Assembly (NCBI GenBank): GCA_029934475.1 | Contig: JAOZMC010000002.1 | Span: 27 to 64,026, forward strand | Reading direction: 5' to 3' | Origin: Arcobacteraceae bacterium | GTDB lineage: Bacteria > Campylobacterota > Campylobacteria > Campylobacterales > Arcobacteraceae | DNA length: 64,000 nucleotides | Part shown: positions 55,189 to 64,000 of the stretch, piece by piece | How positions within the stretch are numbered: position 1 is the first letter of the stretch | Layout of the letters: each line of letters opens with the position of its first letter | Translations under genes and position numbers: made by a program | The notes under the pieces: generated by a model | The model's input: the letters and a program-made list of their open reading frames with translations, nothing else | Told to the model about the DNA's origin: nothing | Databases searched by the model: none

Positions 55189-55612
55189 ATTTTCTCCTTA
55201 TCGACAATCTTATTTGCTCAAATTTTTTATAAACCTTGCTGTCTTTGGCAAGATTATCAAATATACCATAAGATTGTCTTATGTATTGTGGATATAATAT
55301 CGGTTTTGGCTTAAAGTTATCTTTTTTTGGCTTATTTGTGACAAAATATTTTATATTTTTGATATTAGGAAAACCGATTTGAGACAATATCGTCAATATC
55401 ATATCGGTATTATGTTTAAACTCTTGTTTGTACATAGGGTGATTTAGCACAAAAAATAGGATATCGTTTTTTGTATAAAAAAACTCAACTCCATCTTTGA
55501 GTGTAGGTGGCAATATCGATAATAGTCGGTCAAGTTTGCTTTGAGTTCGAAGCTTACTATAAGCCTTTTCGTCTTGAAACTTTGCTATGAGATACGATAT
55601 TGGTCTAGTCAT
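55172..55612 (-). CDS. DUF721/DciA-like small protein
   Basis: 146 aa. The pattern LLSILPPTLKDGVEFFYTKNDILFFVLNHPMYKQEF resembles DUF721 proteins. Its ends overlap ilvE and acs. Weak. Confidence 0.4.
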   Translation of the reverse strand: MTRPISYLIAKFQDEKAYSKLRTQSKLDRLLSILPPTLKDGVEFFYTKNDILFFVLNHPMYKQEFKHNTDMILTILSQIGFPNIKNIKYFVTNKPKKDNFKPKPILYPQYIRQSYGIFDNLAKDSKVYKKFEQIRLSIRRKYEQDV

Positions 55613-56532
55613 CAGTTGATATAGGTCAAACTGTCTATATACTTTTCGTTTTTGCCGGCGACTAAGTCGAAGTATGCATTTTGGATTTTTTTAGTTATCT
55701 CTCCTGCTTTGCCGTTTCCTATAACTCTGCTATCTACATCTCGCACTGGTGTTATCTCCGCAGCAGTGCCTGTGAGAAAACACTCGTCGCATGTATATAC
55801 CTCTTCACGAGTTATTTTACATCTTTTGACCTCTAGCCCCATATCGGTAGCTAGGTCTATGACTGTCTTTTGTGTGATGGAGTTGAGCGAGTTGTCATTT
55901 GGTGGCGATATGAGACAACCATCGCAAACCATGAAAAAGCAAGCCCCACTAGCTTCAGCTATGTAGCCTTGGTCGTCTCTCATGAGTGCTTCATCGTATC
56001 CACAATCTATCGCTTCATGTTTTGCCATCTGTGAGTTGAGATAGTTTGCCGATGCCTTTGCTTTGCCTAGTCCAGATGTATTTGAGTTTCTAGTCATAGA
56101 TGATATCTTTAGTCGTATGCCGTTTTTCATACCCTCTTCGCCCAAGTATGCTCCCCACTTCCATGCACTTATACTCACTTTTACAGGAGCTTCTTTGTGG
56201 TATATACCCATGACACCATATCCTAGATAGACCAAAGGTCGTATATATGCTCCGTCATATAGCTTGTTGTCTTGCAGTAGCTTGATCTGTGCTTGGTTTA
56301 GCTCATCTATAGTATATGGCACATCTATCAGTGTCATCTTAGCAGAATCAAACAGCCGGTGGGTATGTTCGTGTAGTTTAAATATAGCACATCTACCATC
56401 GTGAGTTTTGTATGCTTTGGTGCCTTCAAACACTCCGTTGCCATAGTGCAAAGTATGCGAAAGCACATGTATGTTTGCCTCATCCCATGGCACCATATCG
56501 CCGTCCATCCATATATATTTTGATTTGTCCAT
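55612..56532 (-). CDS. ilvE: Branched-chain amino-acid aminotransferase
   Basis: 306 aa of the class IV aminotransferase family, with YGNGVFEGTKAY, a PLP lysine context and the GTAAEITPV motif. Confidence 0.9.
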   Translation of the reverse strand: MDKSKYIWMDGDMVPWDEANIHVLSHTLHYGNGVFEGTKAYKTHDGRCAIFKLHEHTHRLFDSAKMTLIDVPYTIDELNQAQIKLLQDNKLYDGAYIRPLVYLGYGVMGIYHKEAPVKVSISAWKWGAYLGEEGMKNGIRLKISSMTRNSNTSGLGKAKASANYLNSQMAKHEAIDCGYDEALMRDDQGYIAEASGACFFMVCDGCLISPPNDNSLNSITQKTVIDLATDMGLEVKRCKITREEVYTCDECFLTGTAAEITPVRDVDSRVIGNGKAGEITKKIQNAYFDLVAGKNEKYIDSLTYIN

Positions 56533-56664
56533 AATTATCCTATTTTTTTGTATTATATCAAATTTATATAAAATTTAGAATTATTTTGTATTTTCGAAGT
56601 GTTTCAAAGATATTTGATACCCCACAAGACAGCTTAAAACCTCTATAACTCATAGAGATACCCT

Positions 56665-57420
56665 TTAAATATTTTTCATCCAATACTCAAAAAGCGGGTC
56701 CTGTAGATAATATCTGCCACCTATCTTGTCTATAATCTCTTTTTGCATAAGTTCTTGTTCTATCTTTTGGATTTTGAAATGTTTCACAGACTTATAAAAT
56801 GGTCTGTTTTTATCCAAAAACATATTGTGTAAAATACTTTTTTTGCTACCCATAAATATATACGATATTTTGTTTGAGTGTAGCTGTATAATACTTCGTA
56901 GGTTTGCTTCTATGTCTAGCTTTTCTATTGCTTGAAACTCATCAAATACTACGACTATATTTTTCTCTTTTATATGATGTAGTGGTGCATTTAGCACATC
57001 TTCAAGAGTTTGTGTTTTGTTTTCGCTACTCAAAGCCAGAGAAAAGCTAGGATTTCCACTATGGTCAAAAGCTACATCTATATTTGGTCGTAAATTTGCC
57101 ACAGATTTGAAAAATTTGATAACTTTATCTGTAGGCTGCTCTAAACTTTGGGCTATAGCATTGAAATATTTGTTTATAAACTCTTCTAGTGTAGATATGT
57201 GCATAATATCCAAAAATATATATTTTGTATCTTTTTCTTCGTTTTGTAGCTCGTCTAGAGTTTTCAACACAAATGATCTCTTGCCAAATCTCCTAGGAGC
57301 GTATATCAATATGTTTAATCCACTTTTGATATCTTCTTTGAGCTCTTTTATCTCTGATAGATGATTGCAAAAGTGTTTGTCTATAATAGCACCGCCATAA
57401 TAAAATGGATTTTGTCTCAT
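56665..57420 (-). CDS. Arch_ATPase-type AAA ATPase, short form with atypical Walker A (PRRFGKRS)
   Basis: NPFYYGGAI...F.NHLSEIKEL...ILIYAPRRFGKRS, Walker B VVVFDEFQ and C-terminal YYLQDPLFEYWMKN. At 251 aa it is shorter than the usual members. Confidence 0.6.
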   Translation of the reverse strand: MRQNPFYYGGAIIDKHFCNHLSEIKELKEDIKSGLNILIYAPRRFGKRSFVLKTLDELQNEEKDTKYIFLDIMHISTLEEFINKYFNAIAQSLEQPTDKVIKFFKSVANLRPNIDVAFDHSGNPSFSLALSSENKTQTLEDVLNAPLHHIKEKNIVVVFDEFQAIEKLDIEANLRSIIQLHSNKISYIFMGSKKSILHNMFLDKNRPFYKSVKHFKIQKIEQELMQKEIIDKIGGRYYLQDPLFEYWMKNI

Positions 57421-57659
57421 GATACTCCTTTATGTTTTTTACATAATGTAATAAACATAATCAAACTTCATATCAGCAATTTGATTTTGTTTATATTGTA
57501 TTTTTCATATTAAAATAAATTTTTCTTTGTAATCAGAGATATAAAGCTATATATCAAAAAATTTATATAAATCGAACATAATCCTTGTGCTCGCATTCAC
57601 TGACGAAAAAAAACTTATTTGCATATTTAAAACTTTTGTTATATTTATGATATTATACC

Positions 57660-57699
57660 CAAAACAGATAAAACAAACCCCACAAACAAAGGGTTTTGT
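57660..57699 (-). terminator. Candidate intrinsic terminator for a minus-strand transcript
   Basis: On the minus strand: ACAAAACCC, a 10-nt loop, GGGTTTGT (one bulge), then TTTTATCTGTTTT. Confidence 0.35.
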
Positions 57700-57828
57700 A
57701 GTAATTTAGAGAAATAAAAAAGAGTTATTTTATCAAAGAATATAAAGTTGCTTGTGTATGACAATGTAGTATTTGAGATAAATCAAGAATACACGATATT
57801 TAAGAGTATTTGATCGGAGGGGTCAAAT

Positions 57829-57948
57829 ATGTGTTTCAAAAGAGATATCAAGATATACAGACAACAAAAACATATGAAACAAAGCATAAAATATATATTT
57901 TTAACAAAAAAACAAAATATCAAAGTAAATTTAATAATATTACGATAA
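57829..57948 (+). CDS. Candidate 39-aa Lys-rich small ORF (MCFKRDIKIYRQQKHMKQSIKYIFLTKKQNIKVNLIILR)
   Basis: GGAGG lies 8 nt upstream of the ATG, but it sits in the loop of a 9-bp hairpin (57807-57829) whose 3' arm includes the A of the ATG. Confidence 0.25.
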   Translation: MCFKRDIKIYRQQKHMKQSIKYIFLTKKQNIKVNLIILR

Positions 57949-57976
57949 AATAGCAAACATTTTAAAGGAGAAAATT

Positions 57977-58234
57977 ATGGCAGTGAAAATTACTGATATA
58001 TGTATCAATTGTGATGCATGTTTAGATGAGTGTCCTACTGAGTCAATAGTAGACAACGATGAAAACCCCACAGGTGACGATACATACTATGTAGATGCTT
58101 CTACTTGTAGCGAGTGTATAGGCGACCATGACGAGCCGGCATGTGCTGAAGCTTGTCCTACGGAGGGCTGTATAGTGTGGGATAGTCCCAAAACTGAAGG
58201 TGCCAAAGATGGCGAAGCGGTAGTCGAAGATTGA
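57977..58234 (+). CDS. 2x[4Fe-4S] ferredoxin
   Basis: 85 aa with C-x2-C-x2-C-x3-CP and C-x2-C-x8-C-x3-CP cluster motifs. The RBS is AAAGGAG. Confidence 0.85.
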   Translation: MAVKITDICINCDACLDECPTESIVDNDENPTGDDTYYVDASTCSECIGDHDEPACAEACPTEGCIVWDSPKTEGAKDGEAVVED

Positions 58235-58236
58235 TC

Positions 58237-58275
58237 AAATTTGGAGATTTTACCGTCTCCAAATTTTATTTTTAT
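58237..58275 (+). terminator. Rho-independent terminator of the ferredoxin gene
   Basis: Perfect 11-bp stem AAATTTGGAGA/TCTCCAAATTT with an 8-nt loop, followed by TTATTTTTATCTTTT. It begins 3 nt after the stop. Confidence 0.75.
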
Positions 58276-58417
58276 CTTTTTTAGATAAAATAGAAAAATA
58301 TCACCTCTAAAGACTCCTATGCTTATATTTTTGGCAGAGCATATCGCTTCGGCAATATTTACTCTAGTATAAGTTATAGGGGTTTTTAGAGGTAATACAA
58401 ACAACAAAAGGACAAAA

Positions 58418-58831
58418 ATGGAAAGAACATTATCTATCATCAAACCAGATGCGGTGGCGAAAAATGTAGTAGGGCAGATACTTGGGCGATTTGAAAAAGC
58501 GGGGCTAACTATAGCGGCGACAAAGAAACTAAGACTCAGTAAACTAGATGCGAAGAAGTTTTATGAAGTGCATGAGGAGAGACCTTTTTTCAAAGATTTG
58601 GTTGACTTCATGGTCAGTGGTCCTGTGGTCGTGTCTGTCTTGGAGGGTGAAAATGCAGTAGCTCTAAACAGAGAACTCATGGGAGAAACCAACCCAAAAG
58701 AAGCAAAACCAGGCACCATACGAGCGGATTTTGCCGAAAGTATAGATGCAAATGCGGTGCACGGAAGCGATAGTGCGGACAATGCAAAAGTAGAGATAGC
58801 ATTTTTCTTTGCTTCAAAAGATATATTTTAA
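58418..58831 (+). CDS. ndk: Nucleoside diphosphate kinase
   Basis: [13 protein letters not shown]...[10 protein letters not shown]...TIRADFA...NAVHGSDS, with the active-site His. Confidence 0.95.
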   Translation: MERTLSIIKPDAVAKNVVGQILGRFEKAGLTIAATKKLRLSKLDAKKFYEVHEERPFFKDLVDFMVSGPVVVSVLEGENAVALNRELMGETNPKEAKPGTIRADFAESIDANAVHGSDSADNAKVEIAFFFASKDIF

Positions 58832-58834
58832 TAT

Positions 58835-59197
58835 ATGACGATAGAGTTTCACAAAGTTTTGTTTGCTCCAAAAGAGATAACACACGAGACAAAGGGAGTG
58901 AAACTAGAGGCAAGTTTGGTCAAAAACTCCAAACATATCATCAAGCTAGATGGCAAGCTAACTGGCACCGCCCGAAGAGTTTGCGACAGATGTGGCGATG
59001 ATATGGATATAGTTTTTGATGAAACTCTCAAGCTGTTTTTGCACAATGGTATCTATACTCAAAAAAACAACGATATAGATACTATAGAGGTGCTAGATGG
59101 CAAGATTGATTTTGACAAACTTATAGAAGATGAGATAATCACCGCACAAAGCGACTTCGCTGTGTGCGGTGATTGTCTAAACAAAACAAAAGGATAA
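58835..59197 (+). CDS. yceD: YceD/DUF177 family protein
   Basis: 120 aa with CDRCGD and CGDC Cys pairs, in the conserved position immediately upstream of rpmF. Confidence 0.75.
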   Translation: MTIEFHKVLFAPKEITHETKGVKLEASLVKNSKHIIKLDGKLTGTARRVCDRCGDDMDIVFDETLKLFLHNGIYTQKNNDIDTIEVLDGKIDFDKLIEDEIITAQSDFAVCGDCLNKTKG

Positions 59198-59200
59198 ACA

Positions 59201-59359
59201 ATGGCAGTACCAAAGAGACGAACCTCAAAGACGAGAGCAGCAAAACGAAGAACACATTATACGATAACTTTAAAAAGACCTATCAAAGATAAAGACGGCA
59301 CATGGAAGATGCCTCACCACATAAACCCAAACACAGGTGAATACAAAAGCGAAGAGTAG
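59201..59359 (+). CDS. rpmF: 50S ribosomal protein L32
   Basis: The 52-aa ORF is absent from the track (under 60 aa). [20 protein letters not shown]... is the canonical L32 N-terminus. RBS AAAGGA. Confidence 0.9.
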   Translation: MAVPKRRTSKTRAAKRRTHYTITLKRPIKDKDGTWKMPHHINPNTGEYKSEE

Positions 59360-59362
59360 TCC

Positions 59363-60355
59363 ATGACAACTATAGCTATAGATATATTAGGTGGCGATGA
59401 GGGTAGCAAACCTATAGTCGCTGGACTTGTGCTAGCTATGAAAAAAAAGAAAGATTTCAAAGCTATCTTGGTAGGTGTGCGACAAGATGTAGAACACTTG
59501 ATACACAAAAAGTTCACCGACCGTGTATCGTATGTGGAGTGTGACGATGTCATAAGTATGACAGACCATGCCACTGATGCACTCAAGAGAAAAAACTCAT
59601 CGGCCTATATCGCTATAGACCTAGTCAAGCAAGGACAGGCAGATGCCTATGTGAGTGCTGGGCATAGTGGAGCTTCTATGAGTCTAGCAACATTGCGGAT
59701 AGGTCGCATCAAAGGCGTGACTAGACCAGCCATAGCTACTATCATGCCAACCATCTCTGGCACTTCACTTGTGCTAGATGTGGGGGCAAATGTAGACTGC
59801 GATGCCAACAATCTGTTTGAATTTGCTATCATGGGCAAGATATATGCTAAAGATGTGCTAGGTATAGAAGAGCCTCTAGTAGGACTGTTAAGCAACGGAG
59901 AAGAGGAAAGCAAAGGCAACGAAACTACCAAAGAAGCCTTTGGATTGTGTGAAAAGATACCCTCTTTTGTAGGCAATGTAGAAGGCACAGATGTATTTAA
60001 TGGCACTTGCGATGTCATAGTATGCGATGGTTTCGTAGGCAATATCATGCTCAAAACAGCAGAAGGTGTAGCCGATACTATCACAGGACTTATCAAACAA
60101 AACTTACGAAGATCGCTCGTGTCTATCACAGGGGCAGTGCTGATGCGAAAAGTGTTTAAAAATCTCAAGCTCAAGGTGGATTATGCAGAATACGGCGGAG
60201 CTCCGCTACTAGGAGTAAAAGCTCCGGTCATCATAGCACACGGCAAATCAAATGCAAAAGCTATCAAAAATGCTGTGTTTCAAGCGATAAGCGTATCTCA
60301 ATCAAACATAAACGAAGATATAGAAAACAAACTTCAAAAATACAAAGGCAAATAG
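59363..60355 (+). CDS. plsX: Phosphate acyltransferase PlsX
   Basis: TIAIDILGGDEG..., DAYVSAGHSGA and GNVEG...DVIVCDGFVGN motifs. Confidence 0.9.
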   Translation: MTTIAIDILGGDEGSKPIVAGLVLAMKKKKDFKAILVGVRQDVEHLIHKKFTDRVSYVECDDVISMTDHATDALKRKNSSAYIAIDLVKQGQADAYVSAGHSGASMSLATLRIGRIKGVTRPAIATIMPTISGTSLVLDVGANVDCDANNLFEFAIMGKIYAKDVLGIEEPLVGLLSNGEEESKGNETTKEAFGLCEKIPSFVGNVEGTDVFNGTCDVIVCDGFVGNIMLKTAEGVADTITGLIKQNLRRSLVSITGAVLMRKVFKNLKLKVDYAEYGGAPLLGVKAPVIIAHGKSNAKAIKNAVFQAISVSQSNINEDIENKLQKYKGK

Positions 60356-61330
60356 ATGTATGCATCACTAATATCTATAGGTGCTTATGTGCCTAATGAG
60401 ATCAGGACAAACCAATGGTTCGCAGACAGGATGGACACGACAGACGAGTGGATAACCAAACGAACTGGCATATCTACTAGACGAATATCAAAAAAAGATG
60501 AACTAGCTAGCGATATGGGTGCAGAGGCTTCACGGTTGGCGATAAGCAGAGCAAATATGACTATAGATGATATAGACATGATAATCTGTGCTACGATCAG
60601 TCCAGACTACTATTGTATGCCATCTACTGCTTGTGTTATAGCCGACAAACTAGGCAGAAAAAATATCATGGCTATGGATATAAGTGCGGCTTGCACTGGA
60701 TTTGTCTATGCTTTATCTGTAGCTAGAGCATTTATAGAGTCTGGGACAAAACAAAATGTCCTCATAGTAGGCTCTGAAAAAGCGACACAACTTATGGATT
60801 ATGACGACAGGACTATATGTCCGCTGTTTGGCGATGGAGCAGGGGCGGCAGTGATATCTGCTACAGACGACAAGACAGATGCTATAGTAGATATAAACTG
60901 TAGCAGTGATGGTGGGCTACAAGAGCTACTACTCACACCAGGTATCGGCTCAGGAGAAAAGCAGTATATGCAGATGAAAGGCAACGAGACATTTAAAGTA
61001 GCGGTCAGGACACTGACCAACGATGTCAAGATGATATTAGCCAAAAATAACTTAACTACAAAAGATATAGACCACTTCGTGCCACACCAAGCTAACTACA
61101 GGATACTAAAAGCAGTAGGTGAAAATCTAGGATTTGATGACTCACAAAAGGTCATAACAGTGCATAAATACGGCAACACAAGCTCCGCTTCTATACCTAT
61201 GGCTATAAACGATATATATGAAAGTGGCAGGTTAAAGCAGGGCGATACTCTACTGCTAGATGCCTTTGGTGGTGGGCTGACATGGGGTAGTGCTGTGCTA
61301 AACTTCGCAGGTAAAACTATAGACAAATAA
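60356..61330 (+). CDS. fabH: 3-oxoacyl-ACP synthase III
   Basis: Catalytic Cys context DISAACTGFVYAL, with HQAN and GNTSSASIP motifs. Confidence 0.9.
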   Translation: MYASLISIGAYVPNEIRTNQWFADRMDTTDEWITKRTGISTRRISKKDELASDMGAEASRLAISRANMTIDDIDMIICATISPDYYCMPSTACVIADKLGRKNIMAMDISAACTGFVYALSVARAFIESGTKQNVLIVGSEKATQLMDYDDRTICPLFGDGAGAAVISATDDKTDAIVDINCSSDGGLQELLLTPGIGSGEKQYMQMKGNETFKVAVRTLTNDVKMILAKNNLTTKDIDHFVPHQANYRILKAVGENLGFDDSQKVITVHKYGNTSSASIPMAINDIYESGRLKQGDTLLLDAFGGGLTWGSAVLNFAGKTIDK

Positions 61331-61333
61331 GAT

Positions 61334-62209
61334 ATGACGATAAATAAAAAAGCAACCATAGTATCATCTATAGTTGCATTTACTTTAACTATACTCAAGC
61401 TGTTTGTAGGTATCGCCAGTGGTAGTGTAGCGGTGCTAGCTAGTGCTATAGATAGTGTGCTAGATATGCTCGTATCTGTGTTTAACTACTTTGCTATATC
61501 AAATAGTGAAAAGCCAGCAGACGACAAGTTCAACTACGGCAAAGGCAAGATAGAAGCACTTGCCAGTGTCATAGAAGGCACTATCATCGCTACTTCTGGT
61601 CTATTTTTGATGTATAGTGCTGTCAAAAAGTATTTTTTGAGCGAAACAACCAAATACCTAGATGTGTCACTTATAGTCATGAGTGTGTCGTTTGTCATCA
61701 CTATATTGCTCGTAATATATCTAAACAAAATCGCTAAAAAAACAAATAGTATGGTCATAAAAGCCGATGCCCTACACTACAAGACAGATGTATATGTAAA
61801 CGGCTCCGTGATGGTGTCTTTGCTTCTTGTGTGGATTACTAATATAGAGCTCATAGATATAGTCGTAGGTATCGGTATAGCTATATTTATCATATATAGC
61901 GCTTATGAACTTATAGCAGATGGTGTGTTGATGTTGCTTGATAGGGCAGTAGATGATGATATAGTCAAACAAATTATAAAAATAATAGACGATGACAAGA
62001 CTATCACTAGCTACCACTTTTTGAAGACAAGGCTGTCTGCTCTTGATATATTTGTCGATGTTCATCTAGTATTTAACCGTGAAATATCACTGCTAGAAGC
62101 ACACAAATGTAACGACAATATAGAGCTACGTATAGAGCAAATAGACGACAAATACAACTGGACGATAACAGCACACTTGGACCCATACGATGACTCTATA
62201 GAACACTAA
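61334..62209 (+). CDS. Cation diffusion facilitator family transporter
   Basis: SGSVAVLASAIDSVLD and ALHYKTDV metal-site motifs, 6 TM segments, and a C-terminal cytoplasmic domain. Confidence 0.85.
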   Translation: MTINKKATIVSSIVAFTLTILKLFVGIASGSVAVLASAIDSVLDMLVSVFNYFAISNSEKPADDKFNYGKGKIEALASVIEGTIIATSGLFLMYSAVKKYFLSETTKYLDVSLIVMSVSFVITILLVIYLNKIAKKTNSMVIKADALHYKTDVYVNGSVMVSLLLVWITNIELIDIVVGIGIAIFIIYSAYELIADGVLMLLDRAVDDDIVKQIIKIIDDDKTITSYHFLKTRLSALDIFVDVHLVFNREISLLEAHKCNDNIELRIEQIDDKYNWTITAHLDPYDDSIEH

Positions 62210-62712
62210 ATATTGTAATATTATAAAAACTTAACTAACTTTAAAATCAATACCAAGTGCCGATCAATTTTGCTTGTCAAATATTTAATTTTATATATTA
62301 AGAACCCATCTTCGAACATAAATTTATTTGGGATATATCGTCCAACTACCGATAATATTTGGTTCTAGACCATAAACACAAGACAGTTCACAACAGCAAA
62401 TATCTGCGATAAGTAGTCTAGGGTTCCCAAACTCAATCAATCCTTGCTGAAATTTAAAATATATCAATATTTACCTCATTTATTCGTGGCGATATGGATA
62501 AATAGTATTTGTGGCAACATGGTTCATACTATCAAAAGCATGAAATAACAACAAATAAAATAAAGCTCACATCTAAAACTTCTACGGACTATAGAGATTT
62601 TGAGAACTCATCTGTATTGATAAAATACATAGTATAAGCAAAAATAATACTAAAACAGAATATAATTTAAGATTGTTTGGATATTATTGAGAAATTTATA
62701 AAAAGGAGTTAA

Positions 62713-64000
62713 TGTGGCAAGAGTTATAGTGATGGGCGGCGGTATTTCAGGACATACAGCAGCGACATTTGCAGCTAAGTGGCTGGGTAAAAAGCACGAA
62801 GTGGTGGTAGTGACACCAAACAAACTATGGAATTGGATACCATCCAATGTATGGGTAGGTGTAGGAGGGATGACCAAAAAAGATGTTACTTTTGATCTAG
62901 CACCAGTTTACAAAAAAGCTGGTATTATATATCATCAAGCCAAAGCTTTGTCAATCCATCCAGAGGGAAAAGATGATTCCCATAAGTCTTATATAACTAT
63001 CGAATCAACAAAAGGCGATGGTGCTGTCAGCGAGATTGAGTATGATTATCTCATCAACGCAACTGGACCAAAATTGAACTTTGGAGCTACTGAAGGCTTG
63101 GGTAAAGGCACTACAATAGGAGAGCATACTGTTTCTGTATGTTCTGCTGACCATGCTGTCCATGCCAACCAAGAGTTGCAAAAACTTATAAAGCAGATGA
63201 AAAAACAACCTCTTGACGCTCCCAAAAAACAGTTTTTGGTAGGCACAGGACATGGCATGTGTACTTGTCAAGGTGCTGCTTTTGAGTATATTTTCAATGT
63301 AGAACACACACTAAAAGCAGCCGGTGTGAGAAACAAGGCTGAACTGATATGGATATCAAATGAACAATTTATCGGTGATTTTGGTATGGGTGCTATGCAC
63401 ATAGATAGAGGAGGATATAGAACTCATTCTAAAATATTTACAGAATCAATTTTTGCAGAAAGAGATTTGAATTGGATAGTAGGAGCACATGTAAACAAGG
63501 TAGAATCTGGTAAAGTGCATTATGAACTATTGGATGGCACCATGCATGAACAAACATTTGACTTTGCTATGCTTATCCCGCCATTTGCAGGAGTTGGTTT
63601 AAAAGCATTTGGCAAAGATGGCAGTGATATAACTGATACAATTTTTGCACCAAATGGTATGATGAAAGTAGATGCAAACTACACACCGAAACCTTTTGAT
63701 GAGTGGAAAGCAGATGATTGGCCAAGCAGTTTGCAAAACCCAACCTACAAAAATCTGTTTGCTGTAGGAATTGCTTTTGCACCACCACACCCTATATCTA
63801 AACCTATGAAATCACCAAATGGCACGATGATTACCCCAACACCACCAAGAACTGGTATGCCTAGTGCAATCATGGGCAAAGCAGTAGCGCATTCTGTTTG
63901 TGATATGATTAAAGGCAAATCAGACAAACCTACACATACAGCAAAAATGTCACAGATGGGTGCTGCTTGCGTAGCAAGCACTGGCAAAGGTTTTTTTAGT
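62713..64000 (+). CDS. sqr: Sulfide:quinone oxidoreductase (3' partial, runs off window)
   Basis: Not in the track because no stop falls in the window. GTG start lies after RBS AAAGGAG. It has the FAD fold VIVMGGGISGH and EYDYLINATGPKLNFG. All three SQR cysteines are in conserved contexts (VCSADHA, MCTCQGAAFEY, GAACVASTG), and LQNPTYKNLFAVG is as in Aquifex SQR. Confidence 0.85.

Overview
AT-rich, very gene-dense chromosomal window. Gene content and local synteny (birA-parA-parB, ndk-yceD-rpmF-plsX-fabH, an LPP20 lipoprotein operon, BirA with GIGSGENSW, pseudopilins with Ala/Ser at -1, sqr) point to a sulfur-oxidising Campylobacterota (epsilonproteobacterial) genome. This is inference, since no rRNA is present to confirm it. 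Most of the window is housekeeping, largely on the + strand with overlapping start/stop codons: metH, nth, bioF, apt, rmuC, ligA, lptD, murI, birA, parAB, dnaE, an amino-acid ABC transporter, rnpB, acs, ilvE, ndk, rpmF, plsX, fabH, a CDF transporter and sqr. The stand-out accessory region is 27.3-48.0 kb. It holds two tandem paralogous giant lipoprotein genes (1476 and about 1761 aa) built from alternating Ig-like modules. Both proteins are packed with bacterial N-glycosylation sequons (D/E-X-N-X-S/T) and both end in the same cysteine tail, C-x3-C-x3-C-D-N-Y-stop. Directly downstream lies a translationally coupled, atypically organised T2SS-like operon: four unassignable bitopic proteins, a GspC with PDZ domain, a GspD secretin with a C-terminal SPOR-like domain, GspF, two minor-type pseudopilins, GspE and a phosphomannomutase. 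I read this as a candidate dedicated secretion or surface-display system for heavily glycosylated giant lipoproteins, and it is the most novel thing here. Smaller accessory features are a toxin-antitoxin islet at 0.9-2.4 kb (intact relBE-like pair, a duplicated 143-nt leader, decayed PIN and antitoxin remnants) and an AT-rich 556-bp spacer at 57.4-58.0 kb with a hairpin-masked small ORF. Two genes (nth, FAH family) have conserved N-termini that lie upstream of any canonical start codon. No CRISPR array, tRNA, rRNA or transposase was seen.
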